Origin: a bacterium
Lineage (GTDB): Bacteria; Verrucomicrobiota; Kiritimatiellia; CAIKKV01; CAITUY01
Direction: 5' to 3'
Assembly: GCA_037143175.1 (NCBI GenBank)
Contig: JBAWZF010000006.1
Coordinates: 3,414 to 67,413, forward strand
Length of the DNA stretch: 64,000 nucleotides
The notes beneath the pieces were generated by a model. The model was not told where the DNA came from and did no database searches. It worked only from the letters and a program-made list of their open reading frames with translations. The stretch's first letter is position 1, and each line of letters starts with the position of its first letter. The position numbers and the translations under genes are program-made. Shown piece after piece: positions 17,201 to 26,532 of the stretch.

Positions 17201-20200
17201 TCAGCCGCGTACAATCAACTCAGGTTCTGCCATGAGGCCGCAGGGTACAAGTTGGTATCCGTCAAACCAACTGTCGGGGCCCCGGGTGAACTCACCCGGA
17301 CCGGTCCATTGCGGCCATTTTTCCTTCAGATGGAACGGGCCATGAGAGTTCCGGCGGTGGCCGATAAGCTGGATCTGCACGTCCGCAAGCCCTTCGGCGA
17401 GCCCCGTGACTTCCACCTCGTTCGGCTCCCAGGCGGCAATTCCGGCTTCCTTGCCATTGACCAGTACCCGCACTGCGACGCCCCGGTATTCCTGCACGCG
17501 GATGAATAGACGCTGTCCTGGGGCCGCCTTCAGATCGATAGAGCGTCGATAGCTGACGGATCCGGAGTAGAAGGTCAACCCCTGCGGCACCCAGTCACCC
17601 AGTTGAAGCTTGGTAGGCAGGGCGGTAATGGCGACGTCTGTTCCATTGACCGCTGTGCCGAAGTTGCCGAGCAGGTAAACGATTTCGAGTCCGGGATGCG
17701 TCTCTTCATAGTCGCATTCCAATGTCAGCTCATTCTTTCCCAGTCTTAACAGGGCCGTATCCAACGGCAGCTTGCGCAGGGACAAGTCAACCCACCAACC
17801 ACTCTCAGCCGTTTGATTCACCGGAACACCATTCAGTGATACACGGAACGTTTGAGGCTGCTCCAGGGCGACGAACAGATCGCCTGATGGCAAAGCCTGG
17901 CAGTCGAACGTGTACGTCAAGGAGACTGGAGTCCGCTTCGGGTTCGGTTTGTGGGGCTGCGCCCAAGGCTGAACCATATTCCCGGAACGGTGCTGAATGC
18001 CTAACGAACTCCGCACGGCGCGGTCGATCCGCAGGATTTCATCGGCGTTCTGCCAGTCGCCTTTGCCGATTCTGTACCGCGGCCGATCCAGGACCAGATT
18101 CGCGCACTCGGAAAGGGTGATATCCCAGGCCTCGCCTCCGAGTTTGTCGGTTCGCAACGTTTTGAGCGTCGGTGTCGACACGGCTGGAATACTGGTTTGC
18201 GTAACCTTCGGAATCAAGAACATGCGGCTACCCAAGGCGGGCAGGCTGGTCCGAATTTCGAAGCCGTTTCCGTTGCGGCTGAACTCGGAGGCGGAGGTGG
18301 CTCCCGTCTCGGGGTTCAACTCAACAGGCGTTCCGGTGCAACCGGCAAACCCGCGGATGCGTACATCGGCAAAGGCCAACTTGCGGTCGCGGACCAGAGG
18401 CTGGTTCATGGAATGTCCGGGTGCGTTGACGAAATCTTCACTGGTATTGCAGACAAACAGGAAGAAGCTGTCACGATCTTCGCGGAGCAGATAGAGGGCA
18501 ACCCCGATTTCGTTCCCGGCCGCATCCGAAATCGATACGCGGCGACAGGATTTTTCCAGGGGGGCGGCAACTTCCGCACCGGTGGCGGGAACCTGCGGAC
18601 AGCTTGTGGCCAATTGGGCAACGTCTTCGGACTTCAGGGCATCCACATAACCAGCTGGCGTTCCGGCAAACACTACCGTTCCGCCTGCAGTCTTAAACTT
18701 CTTGAGTAAGGCGAGGGTAGAGCGGCGCATGGTTTTGAGCTGGGGCACCAGGACAGCCTTGTAGGTCGCCTTGCCGAGACGCAGGATCGGGGTACCGCCC
18801 TGCTTGGCCACTTTGCCGAGGCGGCCAAGATGTTCCTCGTCGCCGAAGTCGAAGTCCAGATGCTGGGCCAGCAGGTTTTCGGTTAATTTCGAATGCAGGG
18901 TGTCCATCGCATGGGTTTCGGGATTACCACGCCAGCCGATCTTAACCTGCATCCACATGCTCTCCACGGGATGAACCACGAGTAGGTCCCGTACTTCCTC
19001 GCCGCGGGTCATGACGGCGTGGATACGGGCGAAGTAATCTTCCACTTTCGGATAGAGCTGCCACCAGGGGGACTGATAGAAAATGCCCGCCGGGTAGTCC
19101 CGCTTCGCCTCGCCTTCCATGGTGTACCAGGCAAGGTGTTGGCAGCGCAGATTAATGCCCATCGCCACCTGCCAGTCGCCCAGGGCTTTGTGTCCGGCGA
19201 ACGGGAAGTCCCAGCCGGTACAACCGTAGGTCTCGGTCAGCCGCCACTTGGCGCCGAACTGCCGTGCCCCCGAAGTGACCTGTTTGGCGGTGTTGAAAAC
19301 GCGCCAGTGCTCGGTCAGCAGATCCATACCCGGGGCCTGCATAAACTCGTAGTTCCGGATACAGCTACCGACCATGTTGGTCTGGCTGGAGAGGGTGTCT
19401 TCCTCGAGCTGGTGACCGGTGAATTTGAGATTGTTCTTCTGGCACCACTCAAAAATCTGGCGGCCAAAGGCATCCACATACAGATGGGTTACACAGTCGT
19501 GATAATTCAGGCGAGCCGGGTGCATCCCTGTTCCGTCCACATCAAAGACCAGTTCCACGAGGTGTGGCACCAGATCATACCCATATCGTTTTTGGAAGGT
19601 CTTGAGCAGGGAGCCGGTCCAGGGAAGGCCGCCGGGGTTACCCGTGTTATTGTCGTGGCCGAGTTTATTGCCGTGGTTGGGTTCATCGGTGAACATGCCC
19701 GGGATGGTTTTGCCGAATTCCTTTCCGTTGTGTTTTTTGTAGGCCTCGTGCGTGACCTTGATGAAGGCCTTTACGGCCTCGTGGCTGAGGGTGTCAAGAT
19801 AGGTGAAGCCGTTATACCAGTTGCTGCAGCCCTGCAGTTCGATGACGAACACGATCAGTTTTTCGCCTGCGGCTAATTTCGGGGCGGCCTTCCCTTTTGG
19901 TAAACGACGGACTTGGCTGGCCGACGTCCCATCAATCTTCGCGGTAAAGGCGGCGACGGTATCCGAGGTCCACTTCAGGTCCGAGGCTTTCTCGGAAATT
20001 TTCGGGACCAGGCTGCGCATGCGATATTTTTGGTCTTTGGTGACCAGGCCCCCTGCGGCACCGGAAGGCCAGCGGTCTTCATCGTAAAGCCAGGCGTCCA
20101 TGCCTAATTTTTTGGCTTCGTCCACACAGGCATCAATACAGGAGAACCACTCCGGGGAGAGATAGGAGGTGGCAAGGCCGATCCGGGAGTGCATGAAAAA

Positions 20201-20341
20201 GCCACCCAGGCCCATCTGTTGCATGACCTGGATTTGGCGGCGCAATTCAGCGGGATCGAGTTTGCCGTTCCAGGCCCAGAAGGGGGCACCTCGATATTCG
20301 GCACCGGGACTCTTAAAATCATTAAGCAAAGTGTTTTTCAT
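17201..20341 (-). CDS. 1046-aa glycoside hydrolase (TIM-barrel; N-terminal YRGAPFWAWNGKLD...GGFFMHSR region; family uncertain, possibly GH106-like)
   Basis: 1046-aa ORF with strong consistent coding signal. The N-terminal motif resembles large glycoside hydrolases found in polysaccharide-utilisation clusters. It is preceded by an AraC regulator and sits in a cluster with GH4, GH5 and GH18 genes. Confidence 0.55.
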   Translation of the reverse strand: MKNTLLNDFKSPGAEYRGAPFWAWNGKLDPAELRRQIQVMQQMGLGGFFMHSRIGLATSYLSPEWFSCIDACVDEAKKLGMDAWLYDEDRWPSGAAGGLVTKDQKYRMRSLVPKISEKASDLKWTSDTVAAFTAKIDGTSASQVRRLPKGKAAPKLAAGEKLIVFVIELQGCSNWYNGFTYLDTLSHEAVKAFIKVTHEAYKKHNGKEFGKTIPGMFTDEPNHGNKLGHDNNTGNPGGLPWTGSLLKTFQKRYGYDLVPHLVELVFDVDGTGMHPARLNYHDCVTHLYVDAFGRQIFEWCQKNNLKFTGHQLEEDTLSSQTNMVGSCIRNYEFMQAPGMDLLTEHWRVFNTAKQVTSGARQFGAKWRLTETYGCTGWDFPFAGHKALGDWQVAMGINLRCQHLAWYTMEGEAKRDYPAGIFYQSPWWQLYPKVEDYFARIHAVMTRGEEVRDLLVVHPVESMWMQVKIGWRGNPETHAMDTLHSKLTENLLAQHLDFDFGDEEHLGRLGKVAKQGGTPILRLGKATYKAVLVPQLKTMRRSTLALLKKFKTAGGTVVFAGTPAGYVDALKSEDVAQLATSCPQVPATGAEVAAPLEKSCRRVSISDAAGNEIGVALYLLREDRDSFFLFVCNTSEDFVNAPGHSMNQPLVRDRKLAFADVRIRGFAGCTGTPVELNPETGATSASEFSRNGNGFEIRTSLPALGSRMFLIPKVTQTSIPAVSTPTLKTLRTDKLGGEAWDITLSECANLVLDRPRYRIGKGDWQNADEILRIDRAVRSSLGIQHRSGNMVQPWAQPHKPNPKRTPVSLTYTFDCQALPSGDLFVALEQPQTFRVSLNGVPVNQTAESGWWVDLSLRKLPLDTALLRLGKNELTLECDYEETHPGLEIVYLLGNFGTAVNGTDVAITALPTKLQLGDWVPQGLTFYSGSVSYRRSIDLKAAPGQRLFIRVQEYRGVAVRVLVNGKEAGIAAWEPNEVEVTGLAEGLADVQIQLIGHRRNSHGPFHLKEKWPQWTGPGEFTRGPDSWFDGYQLVPCGLMAEPELIVRG

Positions 20342-20466
20342 AACTTAACCTTTCATCATGAATGGGCCTGTTGAGCCGCGTGCTTTTCCGGGCAACGCGG
20401 AGGGGACTATGTCACAGGGTGGGTTTATCCGCCATGACAGAAACACCAAGCAGTAGCACAAAACCG

Positions 20467-21348
20467 TCAGGCTTTACTGCTGTTTCTGGCGCGGTAGGCG
20501 GCGGGGGAGAGGCCGGTACGTTTTTTGAATTGGCGGGCGAAGTAATTACTGTCGGAAAACCCCGTTTGAAAGGCGATAGTGGTGATTTTGTCGGGAGAGG
20601 TGGCCAGCAAGTTGCGGGCGTGGTTGATCCGGATGGTGAGCAGGTAGTCGTGAGGGGAGGTGCCGACTGTCTCATGAAACATTCGTAACAGGGAACTTTC
20701 TGAAAGGTGGGCGATGCGGCAGAGTTCGGCGGTGGTGATGGCCCTGTCAAAATGGCGCTCAATATGGCTGAACACCGCGCCAGCATCCATCAGTCGCCTT
20801 GAGGGGGCCGATACCATCTCCCCATAGCCTTGCGATAGGATCCCCACGAGTTGCATGAAGAGGGATAGCTGAATGAAGTCATGGCCGGGCTGTACGGACT
20901 GCTTATGCTGATACATCCGGGCGAGTAGGGGGGATACCTCCTTGAGTTGTTTGGAGTCGAGTTTGAGGCGGCTTTCGAATGCATGCTCGTGCCGGTAGTG
21001 GGGTTCAAGGCGGAAGAGGGCGTGGAATCCCGGAGATTCCGCCAGATCCACCAGCGGGATGCTCAGGCGATCAAAATTGAAGAGAATATTGATCAATGAC
21101 AGATTGTGGGTGTCGCGGTAGCCGTGGGCCAAGCCGGGATCAATCACGAACACATCGCCGGTTGATACCGGGAATTTCCCCGTTTCCGTGAAATGGTTAC
21201 CATGACCTCCGGTGATGATTACCAGTTCTGAAAATTCATGGGCATGAAGTTCTATATTGGACTGTTGGCTCAACTTCAGCAGGACGACGACATCCATCCT
21301 TTTGGAGAAGTAATCCACTCGGCGCGTAGTAGGGGTTCCATTGGGCAT
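20467..21348 (-). CDS. AraC-family transcriptional regulator with N-terminal cupin domain
   Basis: C-terminal ...ITTIAFQTGFSDSNYFARQFKKRTGLSPAAYR is the AraC HTH. It lies directly upstream of, and co-oriented with, the 1046-aa hydrolase gene. Confidence 0.8.
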   Translation of the reverse strand: MPNGTPTTRRVDYFSKRMDVVVLLKLSQQSNIELHAHEFSELVIITGGHGNHFTETGKFPVSTGDVFVIDPGLAHGYRDTHNLSLINILFNFDRLSIPLVDLAESPGFHALFRLEPHYRHEHAFESRLKLDSKQLKEVSPLLARMYQHKQSVQPGHDFIQLSLFMQLVGILSQGYGEMVSAPSRRLMDAGAVFSHIERHFDRAITTAELCRIAHLSESSLLRMFHETVGTSPHDYLLTIRINHARNLLATSPDKITTIAFQTGFSDSNYFARQFKKRTGLSPAAYRARNSSKA

Positions 21349-21460
21349 GGCGCCAAGATTCCCCTGAAAGCATCCGGCAAGTCAAGAAAGGAGTCCGGAG
21401 GGGCGCATCTCCGATTGGCACCAGGAGGGCTGAAGAGTTGGGTGTAAGACGATGAGTTAA

Positions 21461-21537
21461 TGTGGGGCGGATGTCCCCATCCGCCTCTCTGCTGGCCCCA
21501 CTGTCAACTAGGCGGATGGGACATCCGCCCCACAACA
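21461..21537. terminator. long inverted repeat (about 23-bp arms: gtggggcggatgtccccatccgcc / ggcggatgggacatccgccccac); probably a transcript-end hairpin downstream of the GH18 gene
   Basis: Inverted repeat visible in the intergenic space between the GH18 stop (21562) and the AraC start (21348). Confidence 0.5.
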
Positions 21538-21561
21538 AGAGCCAAAACAGAGTGATGTTCC

Positions 21562-23094
21562 CTATGGCGTAGACCTGATAAACATCTGGTCTACATATAT
21601 GGTGTCCAGGGAGGTGCTGCCTGCCTTTTGATTGGTATCCTGAACCCGGATATAAACCTTCCCCTTCAGAGCGGGCGGAAGGGGGCAGGTTTGTGTGCTG
21701 TTGTCGTCCAGTGTTTTGGTAACCGTCAGCATGGAGGTGAAATTCACATTATTTGTTGAATAGGAGAAAGCAAAATGGTCGGTCTCGCGGTTGGCTGAGT
21801 GATAGGCCTGCACATTGAATGTCACTGCACTGCCGCCGGTGACAGTGAACGTCCAGACATGACTCAGGTAGGAATACCGTTTTCTGGAGGTTCCGCCTGA
21901 AAGCCCTTCTTTGATGGACTCATAAACATTATCAGACGAGAGCAGGGATGACCGGCTGCCTGAGATGGTGCCGACGCTCGGGATTTCGCCGGTAGCGTAA
22001 TCATCTGTGGGCGGGGTGGAGGGAGGCGGCGGTTGGACTGCCAGCATCTCTGTCCCAATGGTGCTGAGAAGAGGTTGGTTCCCGATGCTGAGTACATCCT
22101 GACTGATTTCCCAGAGCATGACCCCAGCCAGGCCTTGGGCTTTGGCATACTGACATTTCAAACGAACGGAAACTGGATCTTCAGTCCCAACGAAGGTCCC
22201 GCCGTTTAGCGTGGAAGTGAGAAATGGGACCTGGGATACACTGTCCCAGTTGTAGGTGTAGTTAAGGACAGCGGCATCCTTATAGTAGATGGGATCCCCG
22301 CCGCTGGCAGGCTGATACAGTTGTGTGGTTCCGGTAAATACCAAGCCGTAAAAAGGGATGCCCGCAACCAGTTTATTATAGGGGACACCCCGCTGGTCAT
22401 GGAAATACTGGCGGATGCTTTCATCGGTGGAGCCCGCGGCGAGAGGATCGCGTGGGTCGGAATAAAGCGGGGCATTATGGCCGGAATATCCTGACCAGGA
22501 ACCATAATAACAGTAGGTCATCACTCCGATCCAATCTAACAGCGGGTGAAGTGTGGTGACATCGTAATATCTTCCGCGCCAATCCGAAGCATCTATGGTC
22601 ATCGTCAACATCAGGGTTGGCGCCACCTGGTTCCAGTGAGTGCGAATATCCTGAACCAGAAGGTTCAGGTTTTGCCGATCCGTGGTGTTTTCCGGGAATT
22701 CCCAATCCAAGTCAGCGCCATCATAGTGATTTGTCAGGCATAACGCCGTGAGGTTGGATACAAACTTAGCACGAGCGGTTGCACTCGCCGCCATGGGCGA
22801 AAACCCCAGTGAGTCTGTATAGCCCCCCATTGAAATTAAGACTTTTTTACCAGCCGTATGGGCGCGCTGTGTGAGATCCGGCACAGGTGTAAGGAATCCC
22901 GACGGATATGAAATACTGCCATCGGCATTTGGCCAGGCAAAGGCATGAATGATGTGGGTCAGATTCTGCATCGGAATCGCTGAGGGGGGATAGCGGTTAA
23001 CGGTCCATTCAGCATAATAACCGGCTACGACCTGACTGTTAACCGTCAGCGCCGTTACGCTCAGAAACAACGCGCCCATGATCATTTTTTTCAT
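21562..23094 (-). CDS. secreted GH18 chitinase-like glycoside hydrolase with a C-terminal accessory domain
   Basis: Signal peptide MKKMIMGALFLSVTALTVNS. Catalytic motif DGADLDWEFP (DxxDxDxE). About 510 aa. Confidence 0.75.
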   Translation of the reverse strand: MKKMIMGALFLSVTALTVNSQVVAGYYAEWTVNRYPPSAIPMQNLTHIIHAFAWPNADGSISYPSGFLTPVPDLTQRAHTAGKKVLISMGGYTDSLGFSPMAASATARAKFVSNLTALCLTNHYDGADLDWEFPENTTDRQNLNLLVQDIRTHWNQVAPTLMLTMTIDASDWRGRYYDVTTLHPLLDWIGVMTYCYYGSWSGYSGHNAPLYSDPRDPLAAGSTDESIRQYFHDQRGVPYNKLVAGIPFYGLVFTGTTQLYQPASGGDPIYYKDAAVLNYTYNWDSVSQVPFLTSTLNGGTFVGTEDPVSVRLKCQYAKAQGLAGVMLWEISQDVLSIGNQPLLSTIGTEMLAVQPPPPSTPPTDDYATGEIPSVGTISGSRSSLLSSDNVYESIKEGLSGGTSRKRYSYLSHVWTFTVTGGSAVTFNVQAYHSANRETDHFAFSYSTNNVNFTSMLTVTKTLDDNSTQTCPLPPALKGKVYIRVQDTNQKAGSTSLDTIYVDQMFIRSTP

Positions 23095-23331
23095 AATTGC
23101 GAAATGCTTTGATAGGCGAAGAATTGTTTGTGTTTTGATAGACAAATCCTGATTAATTGAGTTTAACCCGATTTGCATGCCTGATTTCATTGATCCGTGC
23201 CCCCTGGCGATGATGCTCTGAATCTGTGTTTTGTTTAGCATGCAATGATCAATAGCAGTTCGCGTGCCGACTTGCGTACATGGTCTTTCGCCGATCTTGA
23301 CATCACTGGGCAGTACTGGCAGGTTTCATTC

Positions 23332-24714
23332 ATGAATTCCGTACTATATATTCTGTTGGGACTGGCAATTGGCGGTTTGTTTGGTGGACTGATTGGCTGG
23401 TTGTTTGGCCAGCGCCGTGCTTCTGCCTCTCCGCCCGATAGCCGTATTGAGAATGAGCTTCGACAGCAAATCGCTCAACGCGAATCTGAATTGTCGCAAA
23501 TTCGCGCAGGGCTTACGCAATCGCAGACCGCCCGCGCTTCTGCTGAAGCCAACTATGCCGCTGCGGAAAACCTGATTGCTGAGCAACGGCAGCGTCATGA
23601 CCAGGCCTTAAAAGAGGCGCGTCTGGCGCAGGACAAGGCCATTGCCGATTTGCGTGAAGCGTTTAAGGCCTTGAGTGCTGATGCGCTGAAGCAGACTCAG
23701 CCTGAGTTTTTGCGGCTCGCTAACGAAACGCTCGCCAAGTTCCAGGAATCCGCCAAAGGCGATCTGGCCCAGCGCCAGCAGTCCATTGCCACGCTCGTCA
23801 AACCGCTGGAAGAACAGCTGAAGAACTATCAGCAACGCCTGCAGCAAAGCGAGGCTTCGCAATCCACCACGCTCGGGGAAGTGAAGAAGCATCTTGAAAC
23901 GCTAGCCCTGCAAAGTCAGTCCCTTTCGAACGAAACCCTGCAACTCCGGCGCGTGCTCAGCTCGAATCAGGCGCGTGGGCGTTGGGGTGAGGAGACGTTG
24001 CGCCGTGTGGTTGAAGCCGCCGGCATGAGTGCCCATTGCGATTTTGTTGAACAGGCACAGTCTGGTGATAGCAAGCCGGACCTTATCGTCCGGCTGCCGG
24101 GCGAACGTATGATCATTGTGGATGCCAAGGTGCCGGATCTTGATTTTCTGGATGCGATGGAAGCGGCCGATCCCGTGAAGCGGGCCGAGGCGCTCTCTAT
24201 TCATGCAGCGAAATTGAAAGGTACCATCAAGGCCCTTGCGGATCGTGATTATCCGCATCAGTTTCCGGCCGCGCTGGATTATGTCGTGCTTTTTCTCCCT
24301 GCGGAATCCTTGTTCAGTGCCGCACTTGAAGGGGATCGCGATCTGATTGTTTGGGCTGCCGGCAAACAAATTATGCTGGCCACGCCGGCTTCGCTCATCG
24401 CCTTGCTCCGTTCCGTGAGTGTGAGCTGGCAGCAATATGCCCAGACCGAGAATGCCCAGGCGATTGCTGAGGCGGCGCAGGAGCTTTTCTCACGGGTAAC
24501 CAAGTTTACCGAACATTTCGAGCGCATCCGGTATGGCTTGGACAAGGCCAATAATGCCTTTAATGATGCCGTCGGCAGTTATGAGCGCATGGTCCGGCCC
24601 AGTGGCGAGAAGCTCCTGAAACTGGGTGGGGGAATAACCGGCAAAGTCCTTGCCGATGTGCCGCTCCTGAATGCCTCCCTGCGCCTGCCGCCTTCGACGT
24701 CATCGCCCGCGTGA
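23332..24714 (+). CDS. rmuC: DNA recombination protein RmuC
   Basis: N-terminal TM segment, a long coiled-coil, then conserved RmuC core (...RMIIVDAKVPDLDFL...DYVVLFLPAESLFSAAL...). Confidence 0.8.
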   Translation: MNSVLYILLGLAIGGLFGGLIGWLFGQRRASASPPDSRIENELRQQIAQRESELSQIRAGLTQSQTARASAEANYAAAENLIAEQRQRHDQALKEARLAQDKAIADLREAFKALSADALKQTQPEFLRLANETLAKFQESAKGDLAQRQQSIATLVKPLEEQLKNYQQRLQQSEASQSTTLGEVKKHLETLALQSQSLSNETLQLRRVLSSNQARGRWGEETLRRVVEAAGMSAHCDFVEQAQSGDSKPDLIVRLPGERMIIVDAKVPDLDFLDAMEAADPVKRAEALSIHAAKLKGTIKALADRDYPHQFPAALDYVVLFLPAESLFSAALEGDRDLIVWAAGKQIMLATPASLIALLRSVSVSWQQYAQTENAQAIAEAAQELFSRVTKFTEHFERIRYGLDKANNAFNDAVGSYERMVRPSGEKLLKLGGGITGKVLADVPLLNASLRLPPSTSSPA

Positions 24715-24719
24715 TCGTG

Positions 24720-25208
24720 TTACGACGTCAAAACAGAAGGTTCTGATTTCGCGCTGCGCTTTTTGCGGAAGAAATCCTGAAGCATGGTGCGACACGGGCT
24801 TTCCAGAATACCCTGAATTACCACGGGTCGATGGTTCAGTTGAGGATGATTGAGGATATTGAAGACGGAAACCGCCCCGCCCCGCAGCGGATCTGCAACG
24901 CCGAACACGACCATCGGAATGCGAGCCAGGACAATTGCCCCTGCGCACATCGGGCAGGGTTCCTTGGTCACATAGAGGACGGTATCGGTAAGGCGCCAGT
25001 CGCCGACGGCGGAGGCCGCCTGGGTAATGGCGATCATTTCCGCATGTGCCGTCGGGTCTTTTAGCAGTTCTGTCTGGTTGTGAGCTCGCCCGATGATGGC
25101 ACCAGCCTTAACGATAATGGCGCCCACCGGAACCTCATCACTATCGGCCGAAAGTTGCGCTTCCCGCAGCGCTAACTGCATGTAATGCTCATGGGTCGGT
25201 TCAAACAT
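24720..25208 (-). CDS. tadA: tRNA adenosine(34) deaminase TadA
   Basis: CMP/dCMP-deaminase zinc motifs HAEM...PCPMCAGA. 162 aa. Confidence 0.85.
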   Translation of the reverse strand: MFEPTHEHYMQLALREAQLSADSDEVPVGAIIVKAGAIIGRAHNQTELLKDPTAHAEMIAITQAASAVGDWRLTDTVLYVTKEPCPMCAGAIVLARIPMVVFGVADPLRGGAVSVFNILNHPQLNHRPVVIQGILESPCRTMLQDFFRKKRSAKSEPSVLTS

Positions 25209-26197
25209 CAGGCTTCCGTCATCTCGTCATAAAACTTCACGATATCGGAGCTATCGCCCTTTTCCATAAATTCCATGGCTTCGCGGGGATGCCGATTTAG
25301 GATACCGCTGATCATATAAGGGATACTGAAGCCCCAGAAGAAATCCTTCCGGAGGGGCTCAATATCCTCCTGAATACATTTCAGCAGCGGACGCATTCGG
25401 TATTTCGGGTTATGAAGGAACCCAAGCAACAGTTCCATCTGGCAATTGCCAGCACCGCGCCCGAGGCCTGCCAGGCTGGCGTCCAGATAATTCGCACCGC
25501 AGATAATGGCTTCGATGGTATTGGCGTAAGCCAGATTACAGTTGTTGTGAGTGTGAATCCCAACTTCCTTGCCGCCCACTTTGGCGAACTTATGGAACTT
25601 GTGCATTAATGCGCTGATTTGTTCGCTGTAAAGGGTGCCGAAACTATCCACCAGATACATGATATCAACTTCCGACAGGCTGAGGACTTCCAGAGCCCCG
25701 TCGAGTTCGGATTCCGGAACCGTGGAGATGGCCATCAGGTTGATACAGGTTTCATAGCCCTTGTCATGGGCATCCTTGATCATTTCCAGTGCGGTGGGAA
25801 TCTGGTGGATATAGGAGGCGACGCGGATCATATCAATGGCGCTTTTTTCGCGCGGGAGGATGTCGGTGTGGTAATCCGTACGTTCGGCATCCGCCATGAC
25901 GGAGATTTTGGTGCCGCCCGTTTTTTCGCCGACAACCTGGCGGAGGATATCCTCGTCGCAGAATTTCCAGAGCCCGTGTTCCGTCTGGGAGAAGATTTTT
26001 TTGGAGCCCTTGTAGCCTACTTCCATGTAGTCAATACCGGCATCACAGGCTGTTTGATAAACGGATTTGACGAGGCTGATATCGAACTTGTGATTGTTCA
26101 TCAAGCCGCCGTCGCGGATGGTAACATCCATAACCTTGATTTCAGGACGGTACGAGATCCATCCCTTGGTGCCGCTCATCTGTTCAGTGTTTGCCAT
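25208..26197 (-). CDS. HMGL-like (DRE-TIM metallolyase) aldolase, DmpG/BphI 4-hydroxy-2-oxovalerate aldolase-like
   Basis: MDVTIRDGG, HTHNN (H-x-H metal site) and DASLAGLGRGAGNCQMELL motifs match the catalytic domain of the DmpG family. Its stop overlaps the tadA start codon. Confidence 0.6.
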   Translation of the reverse strand: MANTEQMSGTKGWISYRPEIKVMDVTIRDGGLMNNHKFDISLVKSVYQTACDAGIDYMEVGYKGSKKIFSQTEHGLWKFCDEDILRQVVGEKTGGTKISVMADAERTDYHTDILPREKSAIDMIRVASYIHQIPTALEMIKDAHDKGYETCINLMAISTVPESELDGALEVLSLSEVDIMYLVDSFGTLYSEQISALMHKFHKFAKVGGKEVGIHTHNNCNLAYANTIEAIICGANYLDASLAGLGRGAGNCQMELLLGFLHNPKYRMRPLLKCIQEDIEPLRKDFFWGFSIPYMISGILNRHPREAMEFMEKGDSSDIVKFYDEMTEA

Positions 26198-26532
26198 AAA
26201 TTATATCCTGTTCTTGTTAACCAAGCCACCCTAGGCCGTCCGAAGGGCGGTATTCAGGCTGTTTTTAGGTCATTTGTCAATGCGGGAAAATATTAAGCCT
26301 ATTCATCTGCAGGGGCATCGCGCTGGTGATCGTCTCTGCATCCGGCTTGCCAGCACTTATCATGGTCTCCAATTTCGTGAGAATGGCGACAATCTCACCT
26401 ATACTGCATTCTTAATATGTAAAATATTTAACCAGCATCCCTGTAAAAAACGGTTCCGTTTTGGGGATAAGGTGTTAAAATCGTTGCTCTTTGTGTTTTC
26501 TGTAACATAACAACGGTATTGATTTCTCAGGT

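Noticed and set aside
19019-19876. 285-aa plus-strand ORF inside the 1046-aa hydrolase gene
   Set aside because: Antisense shadow ORF. The hydrolase frame is continuous over 1046 codons with coherent domain content.
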